In this document: positions 46,521 through 60,796 of the stretch, piece after piece
How positions within the stretch are numbered: position 1 is the first letter of the stretch
How the letters are laid out: the number at the start of each line of letters is the position of its first letter
Assembly: GCF_964355755.1 (NCBI RefSeq)
Contig: NC_092670.1
Coordinates: 13,998,795 to 14,062,794, forward strand
Direction: 5' to 3'
Source: Antedon mediterranea
Taxonomy: Eukaryota; Animalia; Echinodermata
Length of the DNA stretch: 64,000 nucleotides
Translations under genes and position numbers: made by a program
The notes under the pieces: generated by a model
The model's input: only the letters and a program-made list of their open reading frames with translations
Databases searched by the model: none
Told to the model about the DNA's origin: nothing

Positions 46521-49296
46521 CGAACCAATAAATGGTAGGCATTTAGAATATCCGAGTAAATTTTCAGTTTCCACATAATATATTAGCTAAGATCTATCCT
46601 CTACCAAAACGGCTTTAAACAAATCAAAGATCAAATCAGAGAAGATCAATATAACATTAATGCTAATATTAGTTTTTAACAGAAATGTAAATTGCCAGAA
46701 GAGGTTCAAGTACATTATATGATTAATGTATTCAAAACTATGTTGATACTATTCACTATTTTATACTAAGACAATACAATATAAAACAATGCAATTTTTT
46801 CATATCTATCGAATATGTAATTTACTCAATGTTTTGAGAGACCTATACTCATCTTAGCTGATTCTCGGTACTGTTTCTATAAAGTTACAGTACAATAAGC
46901 AAATTCCATGATACAATGTCATATGTATCATCTGCCACTCCTGTACGTTTATAAACCTAACTTCAACATTATACTGTGAAACATGTGACAGATATGTGAC
47001 AGTATTACCGAATTGTGAATGATACCCGATACATAATGCTATATTTTGAGATACAGTGACAATTGAGTGCTCAGTATACACAGTGAAGAACCTCATTTTC
47101 TAACGAGATCTGATTCCTAGAATAGCTTAACAAAAATGCTTAAGGGTGTTAAGGGAATAACCTACTCAAAAGAAATGAACTTCCAACATGCCTCAGCCAA
47201 CATTAGAAATCTAGTGCTAGTATAATATCTGATGGAAACCGACATCACCTAATTTTCATAATTTAAATATATAATATTAAATTACATTCCGTGCAGGCTA
47301 TTATAGCTTTACCTGGGTCGTATTTATTGGTTTCTTGACCATGAGATCTAATTAGTAGGCCTACCTTCAATAATACAACCAATGTAATGGACGAAGCAAG
47401 GTACGTACCATTGTGTTTGATTACAATACATTACGTTTTGTTTTATTATAGTTGTCATTGGAAAAAATAATCATATACGATTACTGAACCCGCATTCTGT
47501 AGATGTCATCAGATTGATTCTAACTGACTGTCGAAAGTCAGAAACTATAGACCGATGGGGTGTATAAAATACCTTTAATACATCAGTGGACTTCAGTGAT
47601 ACACAATGTACCGGGAACCAGAGGAGAAGGTTATACTAGACAGGACTGGTTTTTAACTGACTGTCGACAGTCGGTTAGAATCTATCTGATGGCAGCTGCT
47701 GGTCGTGGGATTATAAGTATAGTAGGCCTATTGACAATAATAACATACAATTCGTTCAATCCATATATTTTAGAAAATCAATAAGAAAATTATAATATTT
47801 GTGTAGGCCTATTTATGTGCTTATCAATTATGTAATATTTTTTCATGTAACATGTTTATAAAAGAAATGACAATAACGGTATGTTTACCACGAAAGATAA
47901 AAAAAAACCTGATCCGATTCTCAGTGTGTATTTAAATTTGCCTCAGTATCATAAGCAAATTCATTCCTGATATAGAATGTATGTGTTTCACCTCTGTATT
48001 ATATCACCTAACCTTCCATAATACACTAGCACATGTGATACACACATGAGTTGCTGTATTGCAGGATTTTACAAAATATTATTATAATGTGGAGATACAC
48101 AGCAGAGGGAATAGGGCGGTTATAGTTATATTTTAAAATAATTTTTGAAATAATATATTTATAATCGGCTACAACATGCAAGTGTGCGTGAAATTACTTT
48201 AAAGTGAAATCTAGAAAATATCTCTAGTGATTAAATAATTGTAACTATTTCAAGTTCAACCTTTAGAGCTAGATGTATTGTGCACTTACCACGTGCATCA
48301 TGTCTAGGATCTCATTTTGGATGTTTTATAATAATAATCGTAAATCGTATTATTACTTAGTATTAGTGTAGTTAATAATATTATTTATTATAATAAAAAA
48401 CAAAAAAAAATGATTTCTGGCCATCAGTTGGATAAAAGGGCATCGTTATTAAAATAATCTTTTTTTTATACAGCAATTCAGTTTGCTTTTATACTTCTGT
48501 TTAATCGATTTATGTTATGTTTCTGTCTTGACGAAATAAATGAAATGGAATCTCTAGGCTTGATTCCCACTAGGACACAAAGTATAAGCGTAATGCAAGT
48601 TGACCAATCACAAATGACAGTTTGGATGACCCATCGCGTCCTGATTGGACAACCTAACTCTTGACGTCACTGGGAAGCAAGCTGATATACACTAACCAAT
48701 CTTTAGGGATATATTGCGTAATACAGAAAAAAAAATCGTTACAAAATTTTGTTTTGTTATTGCTTAATAAAAACCAGGTTTACATAATATAATTTTATAA
48801 ACATTAAATACGAAAATTACAATCACGTTTCAGGTTTATTATAAATTGTAAAGGTACACGTACAATGAATTAGATATCGTCAATACAAAAATGAAATTTA
48901 TAATTAAATGTGTATATTCATAATAACAACTCCCTTCCTCTTCTCTCTCCAGTTTTAATAAGTACATTAACAACATTGTTTTAAAGATGACAACCTAAGT
49001 AGCTTATATAGAATACATTATTATTATATACGCCTATAAATTATGAAATGAACTAAGATGACTTCATAATGTATTCACCATAAGCATGGGCATCAGTACA
49101 AGCTCGTTTTGTGTGGCCAGTAAAGATGCGGTCACAAGAAAACTTGATCTAATCACTATGACTTCGAAGTGAATAAAATATGAAGTCATTTTCATGTCGG
49201 AATATTTTTATTTTATCGAGATCTACCTTTGTACATCAATCACCGTACTAAGATGGTCTGAACTTCTACACCTACTTATGTTGTACATCATTCTAA

Positions 49297-49648
49297 AGCT
49301 TGTGCCCACTAGACGAAACGCAAGGACGTATATATGCGCAAGGCAATCGAGTTGACCAATTTCAATGCCAAGTGAAAGTATGAAATAATCAATTGCGTGT
49401 GTGATTGTGGTCAAATCACTCACCTTGCGCTTAATTGCGTTGCGTCCTATGAAAACAGACTTAAGGTGCATACCATGTTTGTTTGATTTCCACACACTTG
49501 GACGCATCGCAATTGGCGTAGGCGCAACGCAGGTGAGTTGACCAATAATTTTGGATGATCCATTGCGACGACGCCATTGGTCAAATTGCTTGCGATGTGC
49601 GTTTACGTATACGTATTACACGTTGTGTCCACATGCGAACCAAGCTTT
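49297..49648. mobile_element. Two adjacent degenerate MITEs of the AGCTTGGTTCCCA family
   Basis: TIR remnants and TTGACCAAT/ATTGGTCAA dyads. Confidence 0.65.
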
Positions 49649-52570
49649 TAAGTAAATCCAAAATTAACATACTAAAATATTTTATGTATATACGTATTCA
49701 GTTGGAGACAAGAACTAAGACGTTTCAGTCTTCTTCACAAGCATTAAATAAGTAGGCCTAGGTCTCATCCAGTACTGTATAAAAAAAAAAGCATATACGT
49801 CTGTGAGCGGGTACATTTTAAATTTGCAACGATGAAATAAAGACCGTAGGTGTTGCCATAAAATGAGGAAACGAGAGACGACGACCTTCTTAGAGTGTAT
49901 TTTAGTATTAGATATTAACTATCAGCCTTTATACAGTACTGTGATTCAGATTTGAAAGATACTTGAGAATAATATTGGCAGGAAAATTAATGTTTCTGTA
50001 CACGGTACATTACCTGTAGCCAAATGATTTACAGTCAGAGCAGTATATTGCACAGATTGCTTTTATTACAATCTATGATATCCAATCGTAACTAAATGGC
50101 ACATGTAACACTTGTAGAAACGACTTACCGAGACTAAATTATTACAAAAATAATGTTATTAGTTGTATATACCCTCTATTTTCATTTTGTTTATCTTATC
50201 TTTTAAAGAGCGAACTCATTATTTTATTCGTGTTTTTTCCGTCGGTCCATTTTGTGACGTGTCAAGTCATATTCTAAGAATACGGTAATTGTTGTTTTAT
50301 CATGGAATTTGTGACATGTTTAGTCTGATTTTGTAAGAATTAGGCATAATACCTCCCTGTTTAGACAGTATTTATAGATTTTAGTTATTACATTTTTAGC
50401 AAATTATGCTTTTATGTGTTTTGTTTATGTCTCTCCGTCGGCAGATGTTTGAAATAAATAGATATATAATATGACTGGATTCCTGGCGAACCGAGAGTAG
50501 CCTAAAATTAGTTATGTAATGAATATTAATGCGAATAGTCTTGGTTCTATACGAAGTTTTGACTTAATATAATATTATTTTACAAAGATAAAATATGTTT
50601 GCGTTTCATACGTATACTAATTGAGCTTGTAAACTTAAATTTTCAGACAAAAATCGAAAAGTCGATTGCTGGACTAAAATAAAAAAAAGACAATAAATAC
50701 AGACTTGGGGCAAGTCTATAGTTAAATACTTAAAATTAGGCGTACAGTATTTTGGCCTAGGCTTACGAGTGTTTAGTAGAGTAGGCCTAAATCACCTAGC
50801 CGGATATAATGTAAGAGGCGAAGTCGACTGATAATAATTAAGACTGATAATCTAAACTAATAATAATGTCAGTCGTTTGCATTAAGTGACGACTTAATTG
50901 GATGTCACAGTGGTTCGCACTTCAATGGAAGTCATCGCAACGCATTATATTGATTTGCTAATTACTGTATATTAATTAATAATTACCAAGATTCACTTAG
51001 CGACTGCTACAAGTCTATTTACTCTTGACACATTGTAAAGCCGTAATAAAACAACATGTGGTCCAATCTGTTTACGCAAAAAACGTATTTACTTTAAATT
51101 TACATTTATAATTAAAAAAAATGTTACTCATTGTAAACACATCGAATTGTGTCAATAAGAAGCCGACTCCTGATACTGTACCGGTATCGAAATATATCCA
51201 GTCTCGGGAAAATTCCATGATGTGCCTGATACTGGATATTTAATATTGTCAAATTACAGCACTTGCGTAATATAATAAGCAGGATGTAACAAACTTGCTT
51301 AGCAAACAAATTATCTTTAACTTTAGTCAAACTTATTTTGCTTACGTCAGATTATAAATAACCTTAAGCAAACACGTACATATATTTTTTTTTCAAATCT
51401 ATTATTGTCACTGGCTTTGCTTTAAGCTTAATGTTAAGCTGTGCGTTGCTTAACCCTTTGAACACCAGGCAAAACAATTGATTGATAAAATGTCACCGCA
51501 AATTTTTCTATTTAAAAAAAATTTACAACAAAAATAAAAAATTAAAGCATAGTCTTAAAACAAACTAAATACATTCGTAATAAAACCAGGCTTACAAATC
51601 AAGAAAACAACAAATGGCAGCTAAAATTACGATCAAAACTTCAACTGAAAACATACAAGATAGGCTAATGATAAAATAATAAGCAAATCCTAAGAAAAAA
51701 TTCGGTCATATTAAAGAATAAGTTTGGGACCTCTTATGCGAACTCCTTCCTAAATATAACTAAACCTAACCCTCTAAATAATCTCTCTCACTATAAAGTA
51801 AAAAGAAGTTGATATGGGATTCGAACCCCATAGTCTAGTCTAGGCCTAATCCAGTCAACTACACAGACGGCTCGATGGAAAGCGTTTGCATTAGCAAATT
51901 GTAGTTAGCTCAATTCGTACGTCACACCTTATGGATATGATTAATGAATATTCATGTTTATTTTGTGACATTTAATTAGCGGTCCCAACTTTTGCACGAA
52001 AAGAAATATCGACTAGACTATAAGAGGACACCGTTATCTCTTATGAATATAACGGGGGAAATACTATGCAACTAATCATGGGAACCCCTCTATTAAGGGA
52101 AATGTATGTTGGTCCCAATGGTATCCCCTATGAGGCACGCACCTGATATTCATACCAGAGGTTTAAATTCAATAGATTCTCTGGTATGCTGAGCTGAATA
52201 CAAAAGCTTAATTTTAAATGACGAACGAACGAAACATTTTGCTTTATACGGCCGATTGGAACAAGGCAATCTAACCAACAGGATACTGAGCTCCGGAGAT
52301 CAAATAGTTTATTTTAGAATGCGATCAGCCACAGATCAGCGACCAGTACCAGTACTGTTGTTATTTGTCGCAGCCAGACAAGAGATCAAAGGACTGTTAC
52401 GAGTTTCTATATCTTGGCAAGGCGAGCTCAGTGTCATGTTAGATTGTCTTGGTGGAATGTTCAACCAGCTGATGATCGTACGGTGTCTTGTCAAGAGACA
52501 ATAAACCGTGTGGCTGTAAATTATCTCTAGACATAATACAAGAAACCCGTGTGAAGTAGTAATTACTTAC

Positions 52571-52605
52571 CAAACTGCTAACTGGTTTGGAAGCTCAAAC
52601 GGCAT
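52571..52605 (-). CDS. Candidate alternative first coding exon of TRPC (MPFELPNQLAVW)
   Basis: gcgATG followed by TG|gtaagt, phase 2; upstream cttcag acceptor at about 52628. Confidence 0.3.
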
Positions 52606-55600
52606 CGCCAATAACCGTCCTTTATATCTGAAGTATAGCAAATCCAATTATTAATACCACAAAACTGGTCCACGAATTTTCTAACCTTGCCTTAAAACAA
52701 AACATGGATTTATCAAATCATCACGAACCACAACCGTTTTGTCTTGAATATATACTTAATAGTTTCCAATGATTTTAAATCAAGATCAATGCGCGCCGAT
52801 GAGTCTGCTAACTTCCTAATAACCAGACGACTAATAATGGTTTAGATGGATTGAAGATTCTCAATAGGACAATTAGATGAATTCTGCTTATTCTAGGTGG
52901 CGTCCTTCTAGTAATATTATCAGAGCCATAATATGTTAAAACAATACTATAATGCTACTAAACAGTAGGGCCTAACCTTTCAAACTCATTCAATATTAAT
53001 CTATATATATATATTTTTATTTTGTAAATGAAATTACAATTTCTAGATTTTAACACAACGAACACATTTCGTATTTTATGTTGTTCCAAGGCTACATTAT
53101 ACCACTTTTTTAGGTTCTTAAATGTTACTGTGTTGTTGATGGAACAGTGTACTTTTGTGTTATGGCTTTTCTTCATGTGTTAATGGAAATATAAAAAAAA
53201 AATCTTTTATATTCGATTCTCGGATGCCATTAAAAGTTTAATGCTCGTCACATTATGCAAATGAGATGGACTACACTTTAAACAACTGCACTCAGAGATC
53301 GCTTAGTAAGCCAATTAAATTAAGAAAAAAAAAAGATTAACGTTGATGGACGAACCACTTAAGAACTTAAAGCACAACAACTTAAGTATAGGCCAAATAA
53401 AATATGCTTAAAAGAAATGATAAGCTAAATATAGAATACAAATTTTGGCAAATGGGTTATAATCGTAATGACATGTTTATAGTGGACAGACATTATGTAT
53501 GTGATGATCTGTACTGTGGCCGCATCTACCAATCAAAGTGAAGTGTGATTTTTTGCTTTAAATTCCCGTTTCTACTGAGCAAGAGAATACGGATTTAAAC
53601 ACTGTATTTTGAAAAACGCTATTTTCTTTTCAACAGAAACGGATTCACATCCATTTGTAATTTAATTTTAATGTTTTTTTAAAATCCTTAAAGATGTATT
53701 GTCCCCTGAATAAATAATTCTTAAAAATATTTTTGTTGAATATGCCATTTTAATGTAACATAATAGTTATCCACTTTGACCAAAAATTGGATTAAAAAAA
53801 ATGTATTTACCTGAAAAAAAAATGTAATTTAAAGCAAACAACGGTCAAATTGGCTGCCAGTCAATGGATTTTTGGTTGAATTTAACCATTTATTTTGTCA
53901 TTTTATAAGTGAAAACATGATTTGTTTTCGTTTTTTTTCCTATGGAAGTGATTAACTTTATTAAAACTACAAAATAAAATATTGAAAGTCTGAATTAATT
54001 AATCTTTATTTCTCATGTTTTGGGGGAAAATACATTTCAACTGAAAAGGATCCTGTTTTTTTATAAAAACGGTTTCTTCAAAGAAAATCGGAAAACCCCG
54101 GAACATGTTCTCAGTGTATCGCCTGTTAATACATTGAAAGTAGACATTTATATTTCTCATGTGAAATGTATTCATTACTATAATAAATCAGATATGTAAA
54201 TTTGCTATCTCCAATAGTTGTTTCATTAATTAAAGTCAGTACAGTATACGACTGTACTGACATGATTATAAGTTTACATCTGCATATATTAGAATACAGT
54301 AGTTTCAACTAATCTATACTTTTATCGACTTCTAAGAATTATCTTGACAACATGTAATATAATATATTGAAAAAACGACAGAATGTATTTAAAGAAAACT
54401 GTTATGTACCCTTTTTCTTCGTCTTCTTTACTTTTATGTCTTTCGTTGTTTTATTATTATTATTATTGATATTTGTTGGCTTTAAGATAATACAAGTAGG
54501 CCTACATAGGCTGCATCGTGCTGTTATTCATTGTTTTATTTTATTACCAATGAAGAAAGTTATATTATCATCATAATGATAACCTTAATATTCGATATTC
54601 ATTTTATTTTGAGTGAAAAGAGGTAGCTCTGTATTGTTTATCCTACAAATATTATCATATAATTGGTATACTACACGAGAATAAAACGTTTTATAATTAC
54701 TGTTCAGCTAACAGACTGAATCTGTAATCAGTATTTTCATGTCCACTTCAGCAGAAACAAGAGATACCAAACTATATTAGGCATATTTGACAATACATAC
54801 TCTATTATTTCACAGAAAACCTTTTAGATATTCTTACATTTCTTACAAAACCCAACTTAACATACAGATATGAAAATGAAGGATTATACGCAGAATGCAA
54901 GCTGCACATAGTATAGAAGCGAATATTCAGTTAATTCTAAGCTTAAGATTCATTCACTCAAGACCACTTACTTAAAATTATCAACAGAGGTATATCTAGG
55001 TTGTTAGGAAGGGATCGAACATGGGGTATGAGGCTTCTTCCCCTGAATCAATTCTTCGATTGTTTTCTTTAGTCTTTACAACTTGCAACGCAGGGGGCTG
55101 GGGCCAACTATACCATCTTACAAATCCACTTATAACATACCTGAGTATCAAACCCTAATGACTTCGTTTCTCCAAGTAGTCAATTAGTTTAATAACATTT
55201 ATATAAAGTACATAAGAGTTGTTGTGGTAATAAAAAATTGTGGTAACAAAAATCGCAAAAAAACCTAAAACCGACGACTTTTATTTTATCATCAATTTTT
55301 GGTAAAAGTGAAAAATTACCATTTTAAGTTATTCTAATTAATGTATGCTGTTTTTATTTCATGAACTGTTTTCTAAATAAATGTTGATGTTGACTAAAAA
55401 AAATGTTGACTAAAAAAAAACGTTTTGTTCAAAAAACCTAAAACCGACGGCTTTTATTTTATCAACAATCATTTGCAATATAATTTATGCAATAGTTCAT
55501 GTTGTTATTTTTCAAATCGTTTTTTGTTTGGTATCTTGTTATGTATATTTTTTTAAATAAAAAAAACCGACAACTCAAGATTATTGACATTACAGAATTA

Positions 55601-55775
55601 CATTACACATTTTGTTTGTATCATACTGTATTATAATCAAACTAAATCTTCATTTGAGATTTGTTTCTGGTGAAACTTATCTAAACTATCAAAGAGAAAT
55701 ATGATATCTTATCAGAATAAAATATGTAACAATAACATACAGTATTTACAAACATTTTATTTTCAAAATTAAAAT

Positions 55776-58700
55776 TTATTTTACATCATCGTCTTCTTCA
55801 ATAGATTCTGTTACCATATCATCTTTTTGTTTCAACTCTTCAAAGGCTCCATCGTTGGACCACATACACTTAAGTAAGATTTTAAAGTCGACCATTTGCT
55901 GCCCGAAAAGTTTCTACGAAGAAGTGAAATTAATCGTTTTATAAAGCTCAGTCTTCACTATCAAACTTTGTGTGACGACAAAAAAAATGTGATGTGCCCA
56001 TATATGGACATGATGATGTCATATCACTACCATATTTCAGCATATCTCTACCATATTTGGACATATCACTACCATATTTGGGCATATCACTACCATATTT
56101 GGGCATATCACTACCATATTTGGGCACTAGTTTTATAGTATAGACAGAGCTTAATGTGGGGCACCAACTATGTAACAAAGATCACAACTACAAGCCAATC
56201 AGATTTGATAAAACTAAATTATTCGGACTAGGGAGGAGTTTTGCAAGAAATACCTTTTATTGCTATGCATTCATACAATGGTTTAAGCCAAACTGCAGTA
56301 AAAAACTATGTTTCTTGCTTAAAATTCAAATTAATCAACAGATTTTGCTAATCTACATGCCACATTCAATACTAATTAGTTGGCATTTTGATTACAGAAA
56401 ATTCACCCTTTTTCATATAACTATGTGTTCAAAAACTCACCAATATCCTTGCTTGCTCCGGGGTCAACATTTGACCTTCTTTGCATACTGTGTGGTTGTC
56501 AATAAGATGAATAACACCTAAATATAGAAAAAAAACAAGTGCTTACTTGAGGAAGAAAATGAATCGATAGTAGTTTAAAAAATCTGGTTTTTCAGCCAGA
56601 CATTATTTTTGCCCACAATTATGTAAAGATGTATTGTCCCCCAAAATCATGAAAAATGAAGATTAATAAAATCACATTTTGCAGTTTTAATAAAGTTATT
56701 CACATTAAAAAAAATTAGTATTTCACTTATAAAAATACAAAAGTAACATTTAATTTTAACCAAAAACCATTGTCTGACAGACAATATTATGTATTTTTAG
56801 CTTTAAATTACATTTTTTTCAGGTAAACCATTTTTTTTCTGATCTAATTTTTGGTTTTGGTCAAAGTGAATAACTATTATGTGACATTAAAATGGCATAT
56901 AAAAAAAATTAAAAATTGTTTAGGATGACAAAAAGTAATAAAAAAAATCTTGGTTTTCATTTCAAATTAGTACTAGTCAAAACAATACATATAATAATAA
57001 CTAATTTGTAATGTTCATAAATGCACTAAAACTGATTGTTTTGATTTTCTGTTCATGGAATAAGTACAAATAGGTCATTAATATTTTAAATAATATACTA
57101 AAAATAATCAAGAATTAGTTTAGTATAAAAAATTCTATTTTGATGTACATGGGTGAATGTTCATTTACTAATTTACTTTTTAAGCCAGAACTTATTATTA
57201 CGTATTACTCATTGTATGCATATTATTTAGTGTATGCTATTAATTGCCACGGTCTCCAAGTAGAAAAAATAATAACTTGAAAACACAATGATGAAGGACT
57301 AAGCCACAAAATTTCCTATGCAGCCATTTAGGAATGGTTGAATAATGTGCTGTTATACTAATATGATGGATAATGATAAGGATGGCTAAATTACAAGATA
57401 ACAAAAAACTACGCCAATGACACCGTAATGATTGATGACAACAAAACTAATGACCGGTAATCACGAACATGCTAATTAGTTATGATAGATGATTGATCTT
57501 CTGTGTACTGTTTCCTACACAAATTAAAATAATGTCACCTTGTTCTAAATTCATTATCAATAAAGCACTACAAACATTGATGCAAGGCCATCTCATGTAA
57601 TAAACATTTTTATTTATTTCCAATGCAAGACGTTTTGGGGTTTTTTTTAAATGTAAAAGGCTACCTAACTCGTTCCACCAGCAGAAACAAGGACAATGGC
57701 TATAGGCTAGGATTCTCCTTCTTTAACCAATAGACCACTTGTCTCTGGGTACTTTTTAGATATACCCACCTTTTTTAAGTGTTGTAGGCAGTCCTAGCTG
57801 CCGCAGCTGAGGTTCTAGAGAGTGTGGAAACTGGCTGAGAGGACCCTGGTCGAGTTCATAATTAAACAGTGCTTTGTTGCCGGTCCTTGCATAGTCTGGA
57901 TCTTGGAAGTCTTCAAACCACCTTTGAAAGAAAAATGAAATGATGAATGTGTACAACAAGCTTACAAAAAAATTCTTCAGTGTACAGTGTAGGCTAGGCC
58001 AGAGTAGTTAATTTCACTCCTTTTTCCTGGCTAGGCCTAGAGTAATTAAAAGTATTAAACAAGAGCAGTCACAGACTATATTTGGATTGTATTTAGATCA
58101 GCTACATCTTATGATTATCACCTATGATTCAGTAGCTCTTAATTATCCACAATTAATTTATATTGGGAGAACAATTTACATGTCACACAGTTGTGGATAT
58201 GATAACTCCGTAACCATCCAAAGTATGCAGGCCTGCATGCTGGGTAATTATTAGGGATTAACAACCAATGACCAAACTATGTCATGTTAATTCATTTCAT
58301 TCATTCATTTTCATTCATTTTAATTCATTGTGCGCATGCAAAGATGTTGGGACGTGTGTTCTCGCTCCCCATCCCAGCACAGGTTTATGCCTGGTTTCTA
58401 GGTCCAGGCGACGACCGGCGACACATTGACCTGACCTAACTTGGTCGTCGTCGTTCCTCAATCGTTGAAAAGCGAAAGCTCTCTAATTATCAGGAAGCGG
58501 GTGCCCAGTCCAGCTTAGATAGTTCTTTAGAAGCAGAGAAAGGGAGGAGGGTATACAGGCCTCCAATACACACTAATTGAATACAGTACTAAGCATTATT
58601 GTTTATTTAATCAGTACAGTACTTATATAATCATCAACCTTCTAAAAAAATACATAATTTATGGCAGTAATTACTGTAGCAATATAAAATATGTATAAAA

Positions 58701-60796
58701 GCAAAGTTACTGAATAGAAAGGAGAGACAGACTTAAATATAATTTGTCTCGGAAAATTTAATATTTATAGCAAATAATATTAATACTTTCTATCATAACA
58801 TTTGACAATACAGGAGGATGCATAATTACTACAAAACACAGATTACATACAGACTTTCATTAGCTTAACTACAGTAGATCCCTCTGAACCTCCCATTTTG
58901 ACCACCATATCATACCTCTATTAAGGCTGAACAAAGGTCAATCCATATTTGAAGGAAACACCTTTAATAGAGGTTATAAATACCTAATAACATCATCTTT
59001 TTTCTCATTTGTAAACAGTAGCCCAACATTTCCCATCAACTTCTTGCTAAGCTCATGTAAGTTTTCTCTGTATTCATCTTCTGGTGTTCGACCAAGCGCG
59101 ACAGACATCACTTTGTTTTTACCGAAGAAGAATCTGAATAAAACATGTTGAATAATAATTAGTGACTCAGAGACTTTAATTAATAATTACTGTACTAAAA
59201 CTTGATTGTTTGTTCTGCCTTGTATATATGAATTATTCATTATTATAAAATGTTCTTTTTAATAAGCACATCTTGTTACCAATAAAAATAATTAATGTCT
59301 TATACTTGTTAAATGGGAACAATATTTCCCATGCAATGCCTGACTGTCTCTTATTTAAATCGGCCTAGTTTCATTCTATAGAAAGTTATTCTTTGAACTC
59401 ATAAAATATCCTCTCCATTCAACTCATGCACACATTCATTATCCTTGTTTATAACACACCAGTAGATCATGTCATTTAATTGGAGTATTGTTGGTCATTT
59501 TCTATTGAACTCTTTTATTATGTCATTAAGAGTGCAATTCAACCTGTAGTATGTGCTGTCTATAAGTTTTGTATTTTCATCTCATTCAATTATTTGTACA
59601 ATTGCACTCATAAACATTAAATATTTAATAGTATTTTGAATTTAGGATAGTGATTCAGCATTGTTAACCTACTATACCTTCATCTGTCCCATACTTCTTT
59701 TAGTTTTACATTTCTTATATTATATTTTCACCTCATTAAATTATTTGTACAGTACCATTGCATTCATAAACATTCATTATTTGTATTTTTGTAGTATGTA
59801 TATTGAATTTAGGATGATGATTCAGCATCGTTAACCTACCTGCTATGCCTCCATCTGTCTCGTACTTCTTTTAGTTTTACATTTCTCATATTATCAACAG
59901 AAAATAAAAATATTCTTGAGAATTTATCAACAGATTCTTGGATCTGAAAAATAAATGTTGTTTTATGAAAATTAGCTTTCAAAAATTATTTTAATATTTT
60001 CCTTAAATAATTAATTTTCATCATTATTTATTGTTCCATCGGGTTTATCACAATATTGACTACTGTCCAATTAACTTTAGATTTTAAATAAATTAGAAAA
60101 ATTTGGGTTTAGGAATTACTAAACGGTAATACACTAATAATATAAGGTAGAACTGAATTTGTTCAGCTTCATAAAATTCAATTATTCACTCAGAGATGCG
60201 AACTAAAAATAATTTGTTTACAGTATCTGAATAAATCACTATTACTATACTTTACCTCTTGAATTAATTTTTGCTTTAGTTCTAAACCTTTCTTTTTTGT
60301 ATTTGTAAGAGAAACTGAAAATAAATTAATATGAAAACGCATGGTTAGTAATGTCAATAATGTTTATTAAAAAATAAAATGAATAACGATTGACATATTA
60401 ATTATTAATTATTATGTGGATTGATCGTGTTACGGATAATTAATAATAAATATTATTATAAAATTATTAAATGCATACTTAGTGAATCGTGAATGACTTT
60501 CAAAAAAATATAATTTGCGTAAATTATTGTCATGGTCATATAATTTATAAAGCAGAGATGTAGCTAATAATCTGGGACGAAACGACTCTCTAGGTATCCG
60601 GTCACCATATTGGTCTAAACTCTACATGACACAACAGTGAATGATTTTGTACGCTAGCCCTGACTGACTGCTGCCTCATCATCGTAAAAGATTGACTTAC
60701 TAGGCCTACACTTTCATAGACAATGATACAAAAATTAAGAAAAATGCGTAATTGTAAATTTTACTCACTTCGTTTATCACGTTTTGATTTTGGCAT
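55776..60796 (-). CDS. MRTO4: mRNA turnover protein 4 homolog / ribosome assembly factor Mrt4, 235 aa. Exons 60769-60796, 60256-60314, 59840-59943, 58984-59133, 57770-57921, 56441-56517, 55776-55913
   Basis: [95 protein letters not shown] and an acidic tail; all introns GT-AG, 708 nt in frame. Confidence 0.97.
55945..56151. mobile_element. PIF/Harbinger-like MITE (AGCTCTGTCTACACTATCAAACT TIR) with an internal 21-bp tandem repeat
   Basis: TAA|AGCTC...GAGCT|TAA; about five copies of catatcactaccatatttggg; relatives at ~15860-15906, ~32280-32394, ~32530-32631 and 42324-42485. Confidence 0.85.
59572..59894. repeat. Tandem duplication (about 150-170 bp) including the 3' half of MRTO4 exon 3
   Basis: 59572-59722 aligns with 59723-59894; the intronic copy has TGG>TGA and a 4-nt deletion. 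Confidence 0.85.

Noticed and set aside
43110-54576. Numerous 60-120 aa ORFs in the gene-free region
   Set aside because: Composition typical of AT-rich non-coding DNA or MITEs, with no homologous motifs or consistent exon chains
55896-56178. ORFs with (MPKYGSD)n and (YHYHIWA)n repeats
   Set aside because: Translation of the 21-bp internal repeat of a MITE inside an MRTO4 intron
58321-58550. Telomerase RNA, U17 or RNase MRP identity for the structured intronic segment
   Set aside because: No CUAACCCU template, no U17 m1/m2 motifs and no GAAAGUCCCC-type P4 motif
60564-60600. GGACGAAAC resembling a hammerhead 3' core
   Set aside because: No CUGANGA or proper stem II upstream; more like a MITE terminal fragment
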